From Sphyrna mokarran (lineage: Eukaryota): a stretch of 64,000 bases of DNA. Made by a program: the position numbers and the translations under genes. The stretch spans positions 2,480,001-2,544,000 of the forward strand of contig JAGIQG010000040.1 in the NCBI GenBank assembly GCA_024679065.1, written 5' to 3'. The notes below the pieces were generated by a model, which saw only the letters and a program-made list of their open reading frames with translations, made no database searches and was not told the DNA's origin. This document shows positions 13,495-26,503 of the stretch, piece by piece (the stretch's first letter is position 1; the number at the start of each line of letters is the position of its first letter).

Positions 13495-13948
13495 CTGCCA
13501 GGATGTTGCCTGGTATGGAGGGCAGGTCTTATGAGGAGAGGCTGAGGGATTTGAGGTTGTTTTCGTTAGAAAGGAGGAGGCTAAGAGGGGACCTGATCGA
13601 AACATATAAGATGATTAGAGGTTTAGATAGGGTGGACAGTGATAGCCTTTTTCCTAGGATGGAAAAAGCTAGCACGAGGGGACACAGCTTTAAATTAAAG
13701 GGTGATAGTTATAGGACGGATATCAGAGGCAGGTTCTTTACCCAAAGGGTGGTTCGGGAGTGGAATGCCCTGCCTGCAGCGGTTGTAGATGCGCCAAGTT
13801 TGGTGGCGTTTAAGAGGTTAGTTGATAAGTATATGGAAGAGAAGGGAATGGTTTAGTTTTGGAGGGGCATTGCTTTTTATATTGGTCGGCGCAACATCGA
13901 AGGCCGAAGGGCCTGTTCTGTGCTGTAATGTTCTATGTTCTATGTTCA
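13495..13948 (+). mobile_element. CR1 3' fragment inserted into a SINE
   Basis: RMLPGMEGRSYEERL; SINE head at ~13472 and SINE body resuming at ~13949. Confidence 0.85.
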
Positions 13949-15119
13949 TAGCACCAGGATCTGGTTCAATTCCCAGCTTGAGTCCTGGAAAGATCTATGT
14001 AGGGTTTGCATGCTCTCCCAGTTTCCTCTCCCAGACTGAAATACGTGCTAATTAGGTACAATGGATATGCTAACTTCTCCCCCAATTTCCCAAACAGGCC
14101 CCAATCTGAGGGGAATTTCACAGTAACTTAATTGCAGTGTTGACGTAAGCCTTTCTTGTGACTAATAATTAAATTTGATTCCATTTATTATTGTCACATG
14201 TATTAGTATAGAGTGAAGAGTGTTGTTTCTTGCATGTTGGAGAGACGAAGAATACAGTTCATAGAGAAGGAAAGAACAGAGTTTAGAATGTAGTATTATA
14301 GTCATAGCCAGTTGGGTGGTTTCGCCATGCCAAGTTGCCCCTTAGTGTCAGGGGAAATATTCTAGGGTAAATGCTGTGGGGTTAGGACCTGGGGATTGTG
14401 GTCAGTGCAGATTCGATGCACCATATAACCTCCTTCTGCACTGTAGATTCTATGATTCTATGAAATTTCTTGAAGGGGTACAGAGAGAAGTGATGATCCC
14501 AGGCCTCTCTGGTGGAAGAGATTGCAGGTTTGGGAGGTGCAATCAAAGGTGCGCGGACCTGCTTATTTATTCACTTAATTTTACATACAGAAACTGGTTT
14601 CAAATAGATGTCTATGGTTAGGATGGTTACGCAATAAATGACCGGGAACAAAGTTACTTTTAATGTAAGTTCGCTGTGAAACTTTCTGGTGAGCAACCAA
14701 TCGAAGATCACTGCGTTGTCTGCTCACTCCCATTCTATTCATATCCATTAAACAATCGCCCCTTTCCCGCCCCACCATCCCCTCTACTATATAATTTGTT
14801 AAAAATATTTTGCTCTTCTGTTTTAATTAATTTTGTATTGAATTCTCTCAGGAAGCAGCGGCCACCTGTACTGGCTGCGGGATGTAACATGGAAACATAG
14901 GAATTAGAAGCAGGAATAGGCCCTTTGAACTGCTCCGCCATTTATATTGATCGTGGCTGATCAGGAAATTCACTATCCTGATCTCCCTTTCTCCTAAATC
15001 CCTCCATCCCTTTCACCCCATATCTAATTTCTTCTTGAAATCAGACAACATTTTGGCATCAACTACTTTCTGTGGTAGCGAATTCCGCACATTCATCACC
15101 CGCTGGATGAAGGAATTCT

Positions 15120-16370
15120 CATAGAACATAGAACATAGAACATTACAGGCCCTCGATGTTGCGCCGACCAATTAAGAAAAAGCAACGACCCTCTAACCTA
15201 AACCATTCCCTTTTCATCCATAAACCTATCCACTGACCACTTAAACGCCCCCAAACGTGGTGCATCTACAAGCAGGCAGGGCATTCCATACCCTTACCAC
15301 CCTCTGGGTAAAGAACCTCCCTCTGACATCCGTCCTATAACTACCACCCGTTAATTTAAAGTTATGTCCCCTCGTGCTAGCTTTCTCCATCCTAGGAAAA
15401 AGGCTATCACTGTCCACCCTAGCTAAACCTCTGATCACCTTGTATGTTTCAATAAGGTCTCCTCTTAGCCGCCTTCTTTCTAATGAAAACAACCTCAAAT
15501 CCCTCAGCCTCTCCTCATAAGACCTGCCCTTCATACCAGGCAACGTCCTGGTAAACCTCCTCTGCACCCTCTCCAATGTCTCCACATCTTTCTTATAATG
15601 TGGCGACAGTTCTAAAAGTTTTAATCCTGACCCTCAAACTATGACCCTTAGTTCTCGACTATCCTACCACTGGGAAAATCTATCTCAAATCTACCCTGTC
15701 TAACCATGTTAGAATTTCATTGGGTTCTATGAGATCACCTTTGACTCTTCTAAACTTCAGTGTATATAATCCTAAATCGACTTAATCTTTCCTCATATGA
15801 CAGAACTTCCCCAGGAGTCAATCTGGTAAACCTTCGCTGCACCCCCTCTATAAGCAAGGGCATCCCCGCTCAGGTAAGGATGCTAAAACTGCACACAGTA
15901 GTATAGGCGTGGTCTCACCAATGCCCTGTACAATTGCAGCAAAATGTCCCTGTGCCAACACTCAAATCCTCTCGCTATGAAGGCCAACATACCATTTGCC
16001 TTCTATATGACTTCTGTATCTGCATGCTTCCTGTCGGCAAATGATGCACGAGGACTCCAAGGTCTCATTGGGTCTCCCCCAATTTACACCCATTCGAGTA
16101 ATACTTCTATTATTGGTACCAAAGTGGATAATCTCACATTTGTCCACGTTACACTGCATCTATCCATCCAGACGCCCACACACTCAGCTTGTCCAAATCA
16201 CGCTGAAGCATCCCTGCATCCTCCTCACAGCTCACCCTCCCACCCACCTTTCTACCATCTGCAAATTTGGAGATAATACATTCAATTTTTTCTTCAAAAT
16301 CATTAATCACTAAACTCGAACATCTGAGGTCCTAATATAGATCTCTGCGGAATCCCACTAGTCGCTAACT
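15120..16370 (-). mobile_element. Young CR1 (15120-15608) adjoining an older CR1
   Basis: ORFs 15241-15585 and 15962-16159. Confidence 0.8.
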
Positions 16371-16766
16371 ACCAATCAGAGAAGAACTCCTTCATTTGGG
16401 GGCTCTGCCTTTCCTACCGGTGCAACATTCACTGTTTTGCTTCTCTGTCTCCGTCTTACAGATGGAGCCTGTCAAAGGACTAATTTTGTGTCTATTTCTC
16501 AGAAAATACGCAGCTTAAATGAACAGAATCTCATTGTTTCTTTCATCCGGCGCTGAGGGTAGGAATTGAAGAGCCAAGAAGTTTGATATCATTGGTTGAA
16601 TGGGCAACAAAGAAGCTTTGAGATGATTGAATGTCAACTGATGATGCTGTCGGCAATGAACCAATCAGCAGAGTGCTAGGTGTCACTCCCCGCTTCTCAA
16701 CTCTTGAGTGAAATGATTTGAGCTTCAGCCCATTGCTGTTAACTGTGCCAGGAGCTCTCTGCAAAC

Positions 16767-16818
16767 ATGTCTCCTATTATCTTGTGTTCATTCCTCACTG
16801 CAACTGCTCTGTTAACCG
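16767..16818 (+). CDS. Leader exon of V2 (MSPIILCSFLTATALLT-)
   Basis: 52-nt phase-1 hydrophobic exon ending in G|gtaagt; splices in frame to 17536. Confidence 0.88.
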
Positions 16819-17039
16819 GTAAGTTCACAAGTTTTACAAACCTGCAGACACTAACACATGGGTAACAATGGATTCATCGAAGATTAGTAAATTAACCCTT
16901 TGCAATTTGCGACCACACGCCCTGTGGCGAACACTGGGGTTCAAAATCCAGTTTTCAGTTTGCCCTTCAAATCGCAGGAAACACAGGATGGGAACTGATC
17001 TCGATAGACACCAAATGTGCTTTCAAATGTACTTGAAAT

Positions 17040-17368
17040 GCGGCACCGTGGCACAGTGGCGAGGCACTGCTGCCCCCCACCTCCAGGGACCTGGGTTCGA
17101 TTTCTGGCTTCGGTCAATATCTGTCTGGAGTTTGTACGTTCTCCTCATGTCTGTGTGGGTTTTGTATAGGTGCTCCAGTTTCCTCCCGTAGTCCAAAAAT
17201 GTGCAGGTTAGGTGCTAAATTACCCTTAGTGTCTCGGGATGCAAATGTTAGAGGGATTAGTGGGCTAAATAGGTGGGATTACGGCGCTGGGGCATGGGTG
17301 GGATTGCTTTCTGGTCCAAATCGGATGGGCCGAATGACCTCCTCCTGCACTGGAGGGATTCAATGATT
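17040..17368 (+). mobile_element. tRNA-derived SINE in the V2 intron
   Basis: Head ggcacagtgg..gggttcgatt (A/B boxes); CR1-like tail. Confidence 0.75.
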
Positions 17369-17535
17369 CGATCCAAACACCTTCACGTTACAATCCCTGA
17401 CCGAAGGAAATATATTTCATTTCAATGTCGCCGATCTATATATTGGGATGTTACTCAGGGCAAAAAGCTGATGCCGAGAGAAAGATTTAGTTGATTTGTC
17501 ACCCTTTGAATTGATGTTGTTCTGGACTCTTACAG

Positions 17536-17842
17536 GACATTGTAGAGGAGACCGCGTTACACAGACACCGTCTGCAGTCACAGTGAGCGAAGGAGATGAT
17601 GTTCAGTTGCTCTGCAACTTTACAGCTACAGCCAGCGACGACCCCAACATGTTCTGGTACCGTCAGCACCCCAGCGGGTCCATGGAGCTCATACTGCAGA
17701 GAAATAGGTACAGCAGGGACACGGAGAGATCCCCAGGGGTCCGTTTCTCTGCCGAGTTTGATTTCGCGAACAGCACCGTCCCGCTGAAAGTGTCTGAAAC
17801 AGAGCTGAGAGACTCCGGGGCGTATTACTGCGCACTGAGACC
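17536..17842 (+). CDS. TCR alpha/delta-type V exon (V2)
   Basis: ttacag acceptor, then GHCRGDRVTQTPSAVTVSEGDDVQLLCNF..WYRQ..DSGAYYCALR; open frame. Confidence 0.93.
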
Positions 17843-17881
17843 CACAGAGACAGGCAACTGGCCTGAAGCTGTACAAAAACT
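17843..17881 (+). other. 23-RSS of V2
   Basis: CACAGAG + 23 nt + ACAAAAACT. Confidence 0.9.
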
Positions 17882-18065
17882 GTCAGGACCTCACTCAATG
17901 AGTGAATGAGAATGGAGTATTTTTATGGCGCTATTCTTGGTGTGCCACAATATATTCCCAGTCACTGTTATAATGAATGGAGAAGGCACAGCAGCCAATT
18001 TAGCCCCCCGCATGATCCTCCAAATAATATTTTAATGGATAACCATTATCCATTTAATGAATAAC

Positions 18066-18875
18066 CCGCAGAGCTGGGCCGAGAGGTGGCAAATGGAGTT
18101 TAATGCGGAAAAGTGTGAGGTAATTCACTTTGGCAGGAATAACAAATGTGTAGAGTATAGGGCTAATGGTAGGACTCTTAGTAGTGTTGATGAACAGAGG
18201 GATCTTGGTGTATATGTGCATAGATCCCTGAAAGTTGGCAATCAAGTCGATAAGGTTGTTAAGAAGGCATACGGAGTCTTAGCTTTTATTGTAGGGGGAT
18301 TGAATTTCGGAGCCGCAACGTCATGTTGCAACTGTACAAAACTCTAGTACGGCCGCACTTGGAGTATTGTGTACAGTCCTGGTCCCCACATTATAAGAAA
18401 GATGTGGAGGCATTGGAGAGGGTACAGAGGAGGTTTACCAGGATGTTGCCTGTATGGAGGGCAGGTCTTATGAAGAGAGGCTGAGGGATTTGAGGTTGTT
18501 TTCGTTAGAAAGAAGGCGGCTAAGAGGAGACCTTATTGAAACATATAAGTTTATTAGAGGTTCAGGTAGGGTGGACAGTGATAGCCTTTTTCCGAGGATG
18601 GAGAAAGCTAGCACGAGGGGACATAGCTTTAAATTAAGGGGTGGTAGTTATAGGACGGATGTCAGAGGTAGGTTCTTTATCCAGAGGGTGGTAAGGGCAT
18701 GGAATGCCCTGCCTGCTGCAGTTGTAGATGCGCCAAGTTTGGGGGCGTTTAAGAGGTCAGTGGATAGGTTTATGGATGAAAATGGAATGGTTTAGGTTAG
18801 AGGGTCATTGCTTTTTCTTAATTGGTTGGCGCAACATCGAGGGCCGAAGGGCCTGTACTGCGTTCTATGTTCTAT
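18066..18875 (+). mobile_element. CR1 LINE 3' fragment
   Basis: ORFs 18057-18347 and 18454-18795. Confidence 0.9.
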
Positions 18876-19187
18876 AACCTAATTCAGGATGTTTATTGTT
18901 GGGTAGTTATGGACGAGAGCAACTGCACAGCTCTTTCTCAATATAGGGTCCTTACAATACATAACTCCTTTCCAAGGAGTTTTTGGAACTCCTTTCCAAG
19001 GAGCTGGCGCCCCGATTTAGCATTTCATCCGAATCCCCTGACAATTCACCATTCCCTGAGAACTGAATTGCGCCATCTGAATGGATTCTGGGAAAGGAGT
19101 CTCTGGAGAGAGGCTTGAGTTTTGAAAACTTCTGTGTGTCAGAGGCAACACAGCGAACGCCTGAACCTCGCCTGGGAACCAGCATTT

Positions 19188-19750
19188 GGCGCAATGGCAC
19201 AATGGTCAGCGCTGACTGCCTCGCAACCCCAGGACCCAGGTTCAATTCCAGCCTTGGTCACTGCCAGTGTGGAATTCCCAAATTCTTCCTCCGAGCTCCC
19301 TGGTTTTCTTCCACAGCCCAAAGGTGTGCGGCACGGTAGCACTGCTGCTTCACAGCTTCATGGTCTTGGGTTCGATTCCCGGCTCGGGTCACTGTCTGTG
19401 TGGAGTTTGCACATTCTCCTCGTGTCCACGTGGGTTTTCTCGGGGTGCTCCGGTTTCCTCCCAAAGGTGTGCGGGTTAGGTTGATTGGCCGTACTAAGAA
19501 ATTGCCCCTTAGTGTCCAGAAATGCGTATGTTAGACGGATTAGTGAGTAGAATATATGGGGGTAGGACCTGGGTGGGATTGTGTTCAGTGCAGACTCTAT
19601 AGGCCTCTTTCTGCACTGTAGCGTTTCTATGTGCGGGCTAGGTTAATTGGTCTGATTAAATTGACCCTTCGCCTCAGGTTGACCAGTAGGGAATACAGCC
19701 TGGGTGATATGGGCCAAATGACGTCCTTCTATGCTGTAGGGATTCTCTGA
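19188..19750 (+). mobile_element. Nested tRNA-derived SINEs
   Basis: Two A/B-box heads (~19190 and ~19330) and two tails. Confidence 0.7.
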
Positions 19751-20300
19751 TTAACACTTGTACTGTTAATTCTGAGATATTTGCACCATTTTGACAATAA
19801 ATTTTGACAATAAATGTATAATTTATATTTACAAGTGCAGGTAGATTAGTATAAATCTTTATAGAGACGATCAGGTTAATAACAGTCTTAGATAGCAAGA
19901 AGCCTTTTGAGCAGGAGACCATTGGAGTCACACCACAGCTACTTAGATTGTTTTCCCTGAAGTAATCCGAGGTTCCTATGGAGAAGAAAGAAAAAATCTC
20001 ACAATAGACTAGAGACTGGAAATCCCGGGATTTCGTGAACCCAATCATTGAAAACAGGGTTCCAAATGAGGGAACTGAAATTTAAAACCAGCAACCTTAA
20101 CAGATCCAATGGAAACGGCCAGAAAATAAGTTTAACTCTTGAATCAATTATTACTCCGCGAGGTAAATAAAGGTTTTAACTTATTTAACGCCATTTATGG
20201 ATTCTGGAGGTCTGCAAGTATTTTACGACGTTCATTCCCAGTGTAGCTGTGGTTGTGCTGTTTGAAATATTATTTACTCAGAGGACACGGGGCGTTGTAG

Positions 20301-20397
20301 ATCTCTGCCAGAAAGAGTTGACCCTCATAGTGGAGTGACCCTCATAGTGGAGTTGACCCTCACTCCACTATGAGGGTCAACTCTTTCTGGCAGAGAT
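20301..20397. repeat. Perfect 38-bp inverted repeat with a 21-bp loop
   Basis: atctctgccagaaagagttgaccctcatagtggagtga and its reverse complement. Confidence 0.92.
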
Positions 20398-20642
20398 TCA
20401 CAACGAGTCCTGCTATTTTCTGGATAACTTGATTTATTGTCACTAAAACCTTTCGTCACAAGAGGAGCGACGAATCCCTCTCCCACACTCCTCGCTCTCT
20501 CGCTCACTCTCTCTTTTTCTCTCTCTGGCTTCCAACCCCTACACACACACACATGTACACTCTTTTCTGATCAACGCCATTACTTAGAAACATTGGGCGA
20601 GTATTTTCTTCAGACTAGCCTGTGATACTGGATCATGAAATA

Positions 20643-21085
20643 CAAGAGAGTGCAGAGGAGATTTACAAGGATGCTGTCTGGATTGGGAGGCAGGCCTTAT
20701 GAAGATAGGTCGAGGGAGCTGGGACTCTTCTCACTGGAGAGACGTAGGTTGAGAGGCGACCTGATAGAGGTTTATAAAACGTTGAGAGGAATAGATAGAG
20801 TGGACTTTCAGAGACTATTTCCCCGAGCTGATTTAAGGTGCAGGGAAGCAAATACAGAGGGGATGTTAGGGGTAAGTTTTTCACTCAGAGGGTGGTGAGT
20901 GAATGGAATCGGCTGCTGTCGGAGGTTGTTGAGGCGAACTCGCTGGGGTCTTTTAAAAGGCTTCTGGATGAGTGTATGGAAACGAATAGAATAGGGGGTT
21001 ATAGATAGGTCTGTGGATTGGTAGACGTGATCGGCACAACTCGTGGGCCGAAGGGCCTGTTCATGCTGTATTGTTCTATGTTCTA
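20643..21085 (+). mobile_element. CR1 3' fragment
   Basis: RVQRRFTRML; gttctat tail. Confidence 0.85.
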
Positions 21086-22240
21086 ATGGTTGATACAGTG
21101 CGTTCTCCAAGCCTCCTATGCCGTAACATTGGCAATTTAGATACACAGGAACCAGAGGCAGGAGTAGGCCATTCGAACCTGCTCCGTCATTGATTCTGAT
21201 TATGGGCTGATCAACAAATTTAATATCCTGAACATCCTCTCCCCAATTTCCTTGCTCCCTTTAACCCCAAGAGATATAAATAATTTCTTCTTGAAATCAG
21301 GCAACGTTACAGAAACATCGAAAACAGAAGTTTATCGGCAGGTGCTTGTTATATACCATTGTTCACAGTGAAATGTCACATTGCAAAATTAAATCCTGTA
21401 ATTTACAACTGCCATCTGTCACCGCGGTGAACTGGGTTTTTTTTTGCAGGTTTGGTCAAACACAAGGTCTTACAGAGCCACCTAGTGGAATATTCTCCGT
21501 AAACACGTTTATTCTTGGATATTGCGTTATGAAGGGAACAGGGATAATCTAGGGAATTATAGGTCGGTGAGCCCGACACCAGTGCTGGGAAACATTTGGG
21601 AAAGTTACAGAGATGTATGAACATCTTGAGAAAAATGGACTAGTTAGTGACAGGCAGCATGGTTTTATATAGGGAAGGTCATGTCTTAGCAATTCGATGA
21701 GTTTTTTTTTGCAGAGGTGATAAAGAAATTGATGATAGAAGTGCTCTGGATATAATTTACATCGACTTTAGCAAGGCGTTTGACAAAATCCCTCATGGCA
21801 GATTGGTAGAAACATTGAAATTACGTGGGATTCGGGATGGGCTTGCTGGATGGATACAGAACTGGCTTGAATTGGTTGTACAAGGCAGAGAGTAGCGGTC
21901 GAAGTGTCTCTTTCAGAATGAAATCTGGAGCTAGTGGTGTTCCACAGGTATCGGTGATGGGACTTCTGTTATTTGCAGTGTATATAAATGATCAGGAGGA
22001 AAGTTTGGGTGATCTGTGATAATATTTTCATGCTTATTTGAAGATGGATGTGCATGTGAGCTGCGGAATAACGTTCCATATTTTGCAGCTGAGAAGGGGA
22101 AAGAGTCTGTAGACAGAAGCGAATTTCCAATCTTGAATTAATTTAATAATTGTTTCTTTCCTGATGCTGGAGACATTGCCGGAGATTATCCGATATTCTG
22201 TTTTTTTTGCTTGCATTGAACTGAAATGTTCTGATGAAAT

Positions 22241-22254
22241 CCACCAGAGGGCGC
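22241..22254 (+). promoter_or_regulatory. Putative CTCF site
   Basis: CCACCAGAGGGCGC, matching the CTCF consensus. Confidence 0.65.
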
Positions 22255-23649
22255 ACATGTCACATGAACCCCTGCTTCCTCAAGACTCATTCTGGTTTTT
22301 TTCTGATCTGTGGAAAACTTTTGAAGTCGTTTTGTATTTGTAGTTGTGATAATTAACCAAATGCTTCCACTGCCGCCACTTTCTTGTTTCCTAACCTCTC
22401 CCCACATGCCGCCACCCTCTCTCCCCCCCCCCACATACACATACACACACACATTCTCTATTGTGAGGTGGTGCTAATTGGGGAGTCACTGCGGGAGGAA
22501 AATATACAGTAAATGTTAGAGCCCTTCGAAATATTAGCATGCAGGGTGAAGTAGGTTTGCAGATCTGCAGTTCCTTGAAAGTGGCAACTCAAGTGGACAA
22601 GGTGATCAGGAAGGCGTACGGCATGCTAGCCTATGTGAGTTGGGGCACGAATATAAGAATTGGAAAATCATGTTGCAGTCGTATAAGATATTGGTTAGGC
22701 CGCATTGGGAATATTGTTTTCAATTTTGATCGCCACACTGCTGGAAGGATGTTGATGCATTGGAAAAGGTGCAGAAGAGATTTACCAGAACGTTTCCTGG
22801 TTTGAAAGATATGAGCAAAGGTTGAACAAACTTGGATTGTTTTCATTGCTTGCATTGGAAGAAGTGTGTGCGTTTGGGGAAGAGGGGGGGTGGTAGTGGA
22901 CTGTCTTTTTGGAGACTGGAACCCCAGAGAGACATTGATCTGTAAGACTGCTTCAAAGAATGTAACACAAGAACAAAAATACACACTGCCAGTTATTGGA
23001 TACGACTCCTGTGCCTACATGTTAGCAGGATAGATGACGAATGATATATTCATTCCTGGCGGATAAAACATCTTCCAATTCGTCTGTCAAAAGAAAACGG
23101 TGCACACAGATCACAGGAAGAGCACACACTGAGTGAACGCACTGAATTTTCGCACAATTAGCGACAGAACCATCCAATCAAAGTCTCTGTCGCGTGGGTT
23201 TGCTGCGTTTGGATTGGTTGGAAACGCGCATTCGTCACCTGCGACGTAAGTTTGTTGATTCTCTGCTCTCTTCACGCGCAGTTCGCACCAGAACGTTAGT
23301 TTGTGTAGAAGGCAGTAGGTTCTTCTCCCTATGAGGGGAACAGAATCTCTTTGTGTTAGTGCCTCTCAAAATGCACTTTCCTGGCCCTTTGCCAGTAAAA
23401 CCATTTCCTACCCAACGAGTGGAAGATGGTTCGCCGTACCTCACGAAATAATACAACGCTTTCCACACATCCTGAAAATCCCTTTCCTTCCAGAACGATA
23501 TGGTCTGCATTCCATCAACTGAAGAAGCCAACACATTCAGGGCGGTCTTTGGTTTGAAGAATGGGCCACGGCTGTGGATGGATATTTGAGTCAGAAAATT
23601 TGGGAGAGAGAAGTACATATGTAGGGATTGTCAAATCGGAAGCTGCAGT

Positions 23650-23688
23650 AGATATTGTATTGGGGCGCTCAGTCTTTGTCTCACTGTG
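23650..23688 (-). other. 23-RSS of V3
   Basis: CACAGTG + 23 nt + ACAATATCT. Confidence 0.92.
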
Positions 23689-23969
23689 CCTCGTTGCACA
23701 GTGATACACTCCAGCGTCTGACATTGCCGTGCTGTCGATGCCGAGAATGTTATAACTTCTTGTTGGATCAATAAAGAGAGTGATTCGCCCCTCTGTGATG
23801 TTGCCGCTGTAAGCCGATAGGATGAATTTCGGACCTTGATTCCTTCGATGTCTGTACCAATGGATGCTGTCGGTGCTGCTGGTACTTGCATTGCACCGGA
23901 TTGCAATCGATTGTCCCTCTTGAGCATGTATCAGCTGCGGTTGGTGGATTGCTGCCTCTCCTCCGATAA
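23689..23969 (-). CDS. TCR V exon, family A copy 2 (V3); not captured whole by the ORF track
   Basis: Manual translation after the caacag acceptor: VIGGEAAIHQPQLIHAQEGQSIAIRCNASTSSTDSIHWYRHRRNQGPKFILSAYSGNITEGRITLFIDPTRSYNILGIDSTAMSDAGVYHCATR, no stops. Confidence 0.93.
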
Positions 23970-24045
23970 CTGTTGAGAAAAGCGGGGGAACAAAAAATTA
24001 GAAACACAAAACAAAAAGATGCAAATGCCTGCACAAAACACTCAC

Positions 24046-24082
24046 CTAAAATCAATAAATTGAGAGTTATTATTTCATTCAT
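24046..24082 (-). CDS. Leader exon of V3 (MNEIITLNLLIL-)
   Basis: 37-nt phase-1 exon, G|gtgagt donor, 76-bp intron. Confidence 0.9.
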
Positions 24083-24205
24083 GGCGTTTTCCTCTTTATT
24101 GCGCTCAGTGGGTCAAAAGCATTGCAGGAAAATTGATTCCGTTTGGGATGATTCTAATGTGCAGTTGGCGATGTTACCCTCTGCCTTGCTCTGAAGGCAG
24201 GTTTC

Positions 24206-24216
24206 TCTTATATATA
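24206..24216 (-). promoter_or_regulatory. TATA-like box of V3 (homologue at ~34617-34625 for V4)
   Basis: TATATATAAGA ~125 bp upstream of the ATG, conserved in the paralogue. Confidence 0.5.
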
Positions 24217-24270
24217 CACAGAGGGTCCGGGAGCATTACAACGCTGAGGCTCACTGCACGCCCTCTGGTG

Positions 24271-24526
24271 TAGAGATTCCAGCGTTGGACTGGGGTGAAC
24301 TCAGTAAGAGGTCTGGCAACACCAATTTTAAATCCAGCCGATTTATTTGAATTCTAATTCTAATCAGCATTCTAATCAGCAATCTGTAAACTGTCTCCGT
24401 GCTGATATGTGTGCTTTTGGAGACCAGAACGCCTTATTCGCCTGACGAAGGCACAAACGCCGAAAGCTAGCAGATTTACTATCGGTTGGATTTAAAATTG
24501 GTGTTGCCAGACCTCTTACTGAGTTT
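24271..24526. mobile_element. Penelope-derived inverted-end mini insertion with hammerhead motif
   Basis: Inverted pLTR ends; CTGACGA-AGGC-acaaac-GCC-GAAA-GCTAGC at ~24442; TSD gccctctggtg. Confidence 0.82.
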
Positions 24527-24689
24527 GCCCTCTGGTGGTCATATTTGTCATCTCTTGACTCGAAACCGTTATGATCTCTGAGATTGAGCAGAAGATAAAC
24601 CTCAGCACTCTCCCCGAATGGAGAACTGCGACATCTTCTGCAGAGCCTTTAGCGTGTTATGGATAAAGACAGGTATCTTACCAAGGCCA

Positions 24690-25460
24690 TCCTCACAGCC
24701 TCACTTCTTGCCTTCAAACAACCTCAAACAGACCATTGTACTGCAGCAAACTACCCAGCATTCAGAAGAGCAGTGACCACGGCATCACACAACTCTGCCA
24801 CAACAAGCTCTGCAAGACATGCCGGATCATCGAAACAATGCCATCATCTCACGTGAGAAAACAATCCACCAGGTACATGTTACAGGCTCTTGCAATTCGG
24901 CCAATGTTGTCTACCTGATACGCTACTGAAAAGAATGTCCTGAGGCATGGTACATTGCGGAGACCATGCAGACGCTACGACAATGGGTGGATGGGTACTG
25001 CTCGACAATCACCAGATAGGAGTGATATCTTATTGTTGGAGGACCTTCAGCAGTCAAGGCCTCTGATCTTCGGGTAAGCGTTCTCCAAGGCGACCTTCAA
25101 AACACATCAATATGCAGAATCGCCGAGCACAAACTGAGAGTTAAAGTTCGCACACACGAGGACGGCCTCATCTTGGGTTCATGGCACACTATCTGTAACC
25201 TCCGAGACTTCCCTGCGCTTGCAAAAGCTCACTAACTATCCTGGCTTGAGGCTATTCACACCTTAACCCTCTCCATTTGCATTCTCTATACATGCTAAGA
25301 CTCACAGTCCAACCATTACTTTGGAATTGACTTTATGTCAATATATCCCTGTTTTTGAACCCAACTCCCACTCACCTGAAGAAGGAGCAGCGATCCAAAA
25401 GCTTGTGCTGCCAAATAAACCTGCTGGACTTTCACCTAGTGTTGTGAGACTTCTTACTTT
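24690..25460 (+). mobile_element. Older Penelope GIY-YIG remnant with decayed hammerhead (~25372-25406)
   Basis: Frameshifted homology to the 5722-6160 element; pLTR tail gttgtgagacttcttac. Confidence 0.78.
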
Positions 25461-26503
25461 GTAGATAGGGTACTGAGTGAAACAAAAACACATCCTTCTG
25501 CAGCGGATCACTGCAGCTGGAATCTGTCTCCTTGGGCCTATTTGTTGCACAGAAATAAGGAATTGATCACTGGGATAGGAATTGAGAAAAGTTTGACAAT
25601 TTATCGCAGAGAGATAGCACATTGAACAACAGCGCCAGCTGTAGGATCCGCATGCTATCATATCTACTCATGGAGATTTTGGTGCCCCTTTTTGCCTACT
25701 ACGGATAAGGAACTGTGTTTGATGTGACAGACGAATTCCTGTTTTGCAGTTATAGACATTCTGAACAATTTCTCACTCTTCTCGTGGACCATGACTTTTT
25801 TCCTCCAGAGTTAAAAAGAACCATTCGCTTTTAGTTATAGAATCGTAGACGTTTGCAGCATGGAAACTGGGCCTCCAGCCCAACTTGTCCATGCCACCCT
25901 TTTTTAAACCACCAACGTAGTCCCAATTTCCCACACTTGGCCCATATCACTCTATAAACATCCTACACACGAAACTGTCTAAATTCTTTTTAAAAGATAA
26001 AATTATACCCGCATCCACGATTGCCTCTGGCAGCTCGTTCGCGACACTCAGTATTCTCAGTGTGAAAAAAGTGCCCCCTGGACTATTTTGTATCTCTCCA
26101 ACCTCATCTAAAACCTGGGCCCTCTTGCTTTAGACTCCCCTACCTTTGGAAAAAGATGTTGATTATCTAGCTGATCTATACCTCTCTTTGTTTTATAGAC
26201 TTCTAGAAGATAATCCCTAAGTCTCCTATGCTCCATGGAAAATAGCTCCCAGTCTATCCAGCCTCTCATAACTCAAACCATGAAATCCCGGTAGCATCCT
26301 AGTAAATCTTTTCCGCGTTCTTTTCTAGTTTAATAATATCCTTTCTATAATTTCATCTCAACAATCCATTGCTCTTTGCAAATTGGTGGTGGTGACGATC
26401 TTAGCAGAGTAAAAGACATTTTATTTTTCCTCTTACTTTCAACATGTTTTGAATGGCATTGTTAACCTCCCACCTGTTGGGTCTTTTAATGTTCGAACAA
26501 ATG

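Noticed and set aside
18963-19003. Short duplicated hairpin aactcctttccaaggag x2
   Set aside because: Too short to distinguish from ordinary slippage.
20100-20300. SEDTG-like motif in the duplicated 3.8/20.2-kb block as a V remnant
   Set aside because: No accompanying Cys, Trp, YYC or RSS in either copy.
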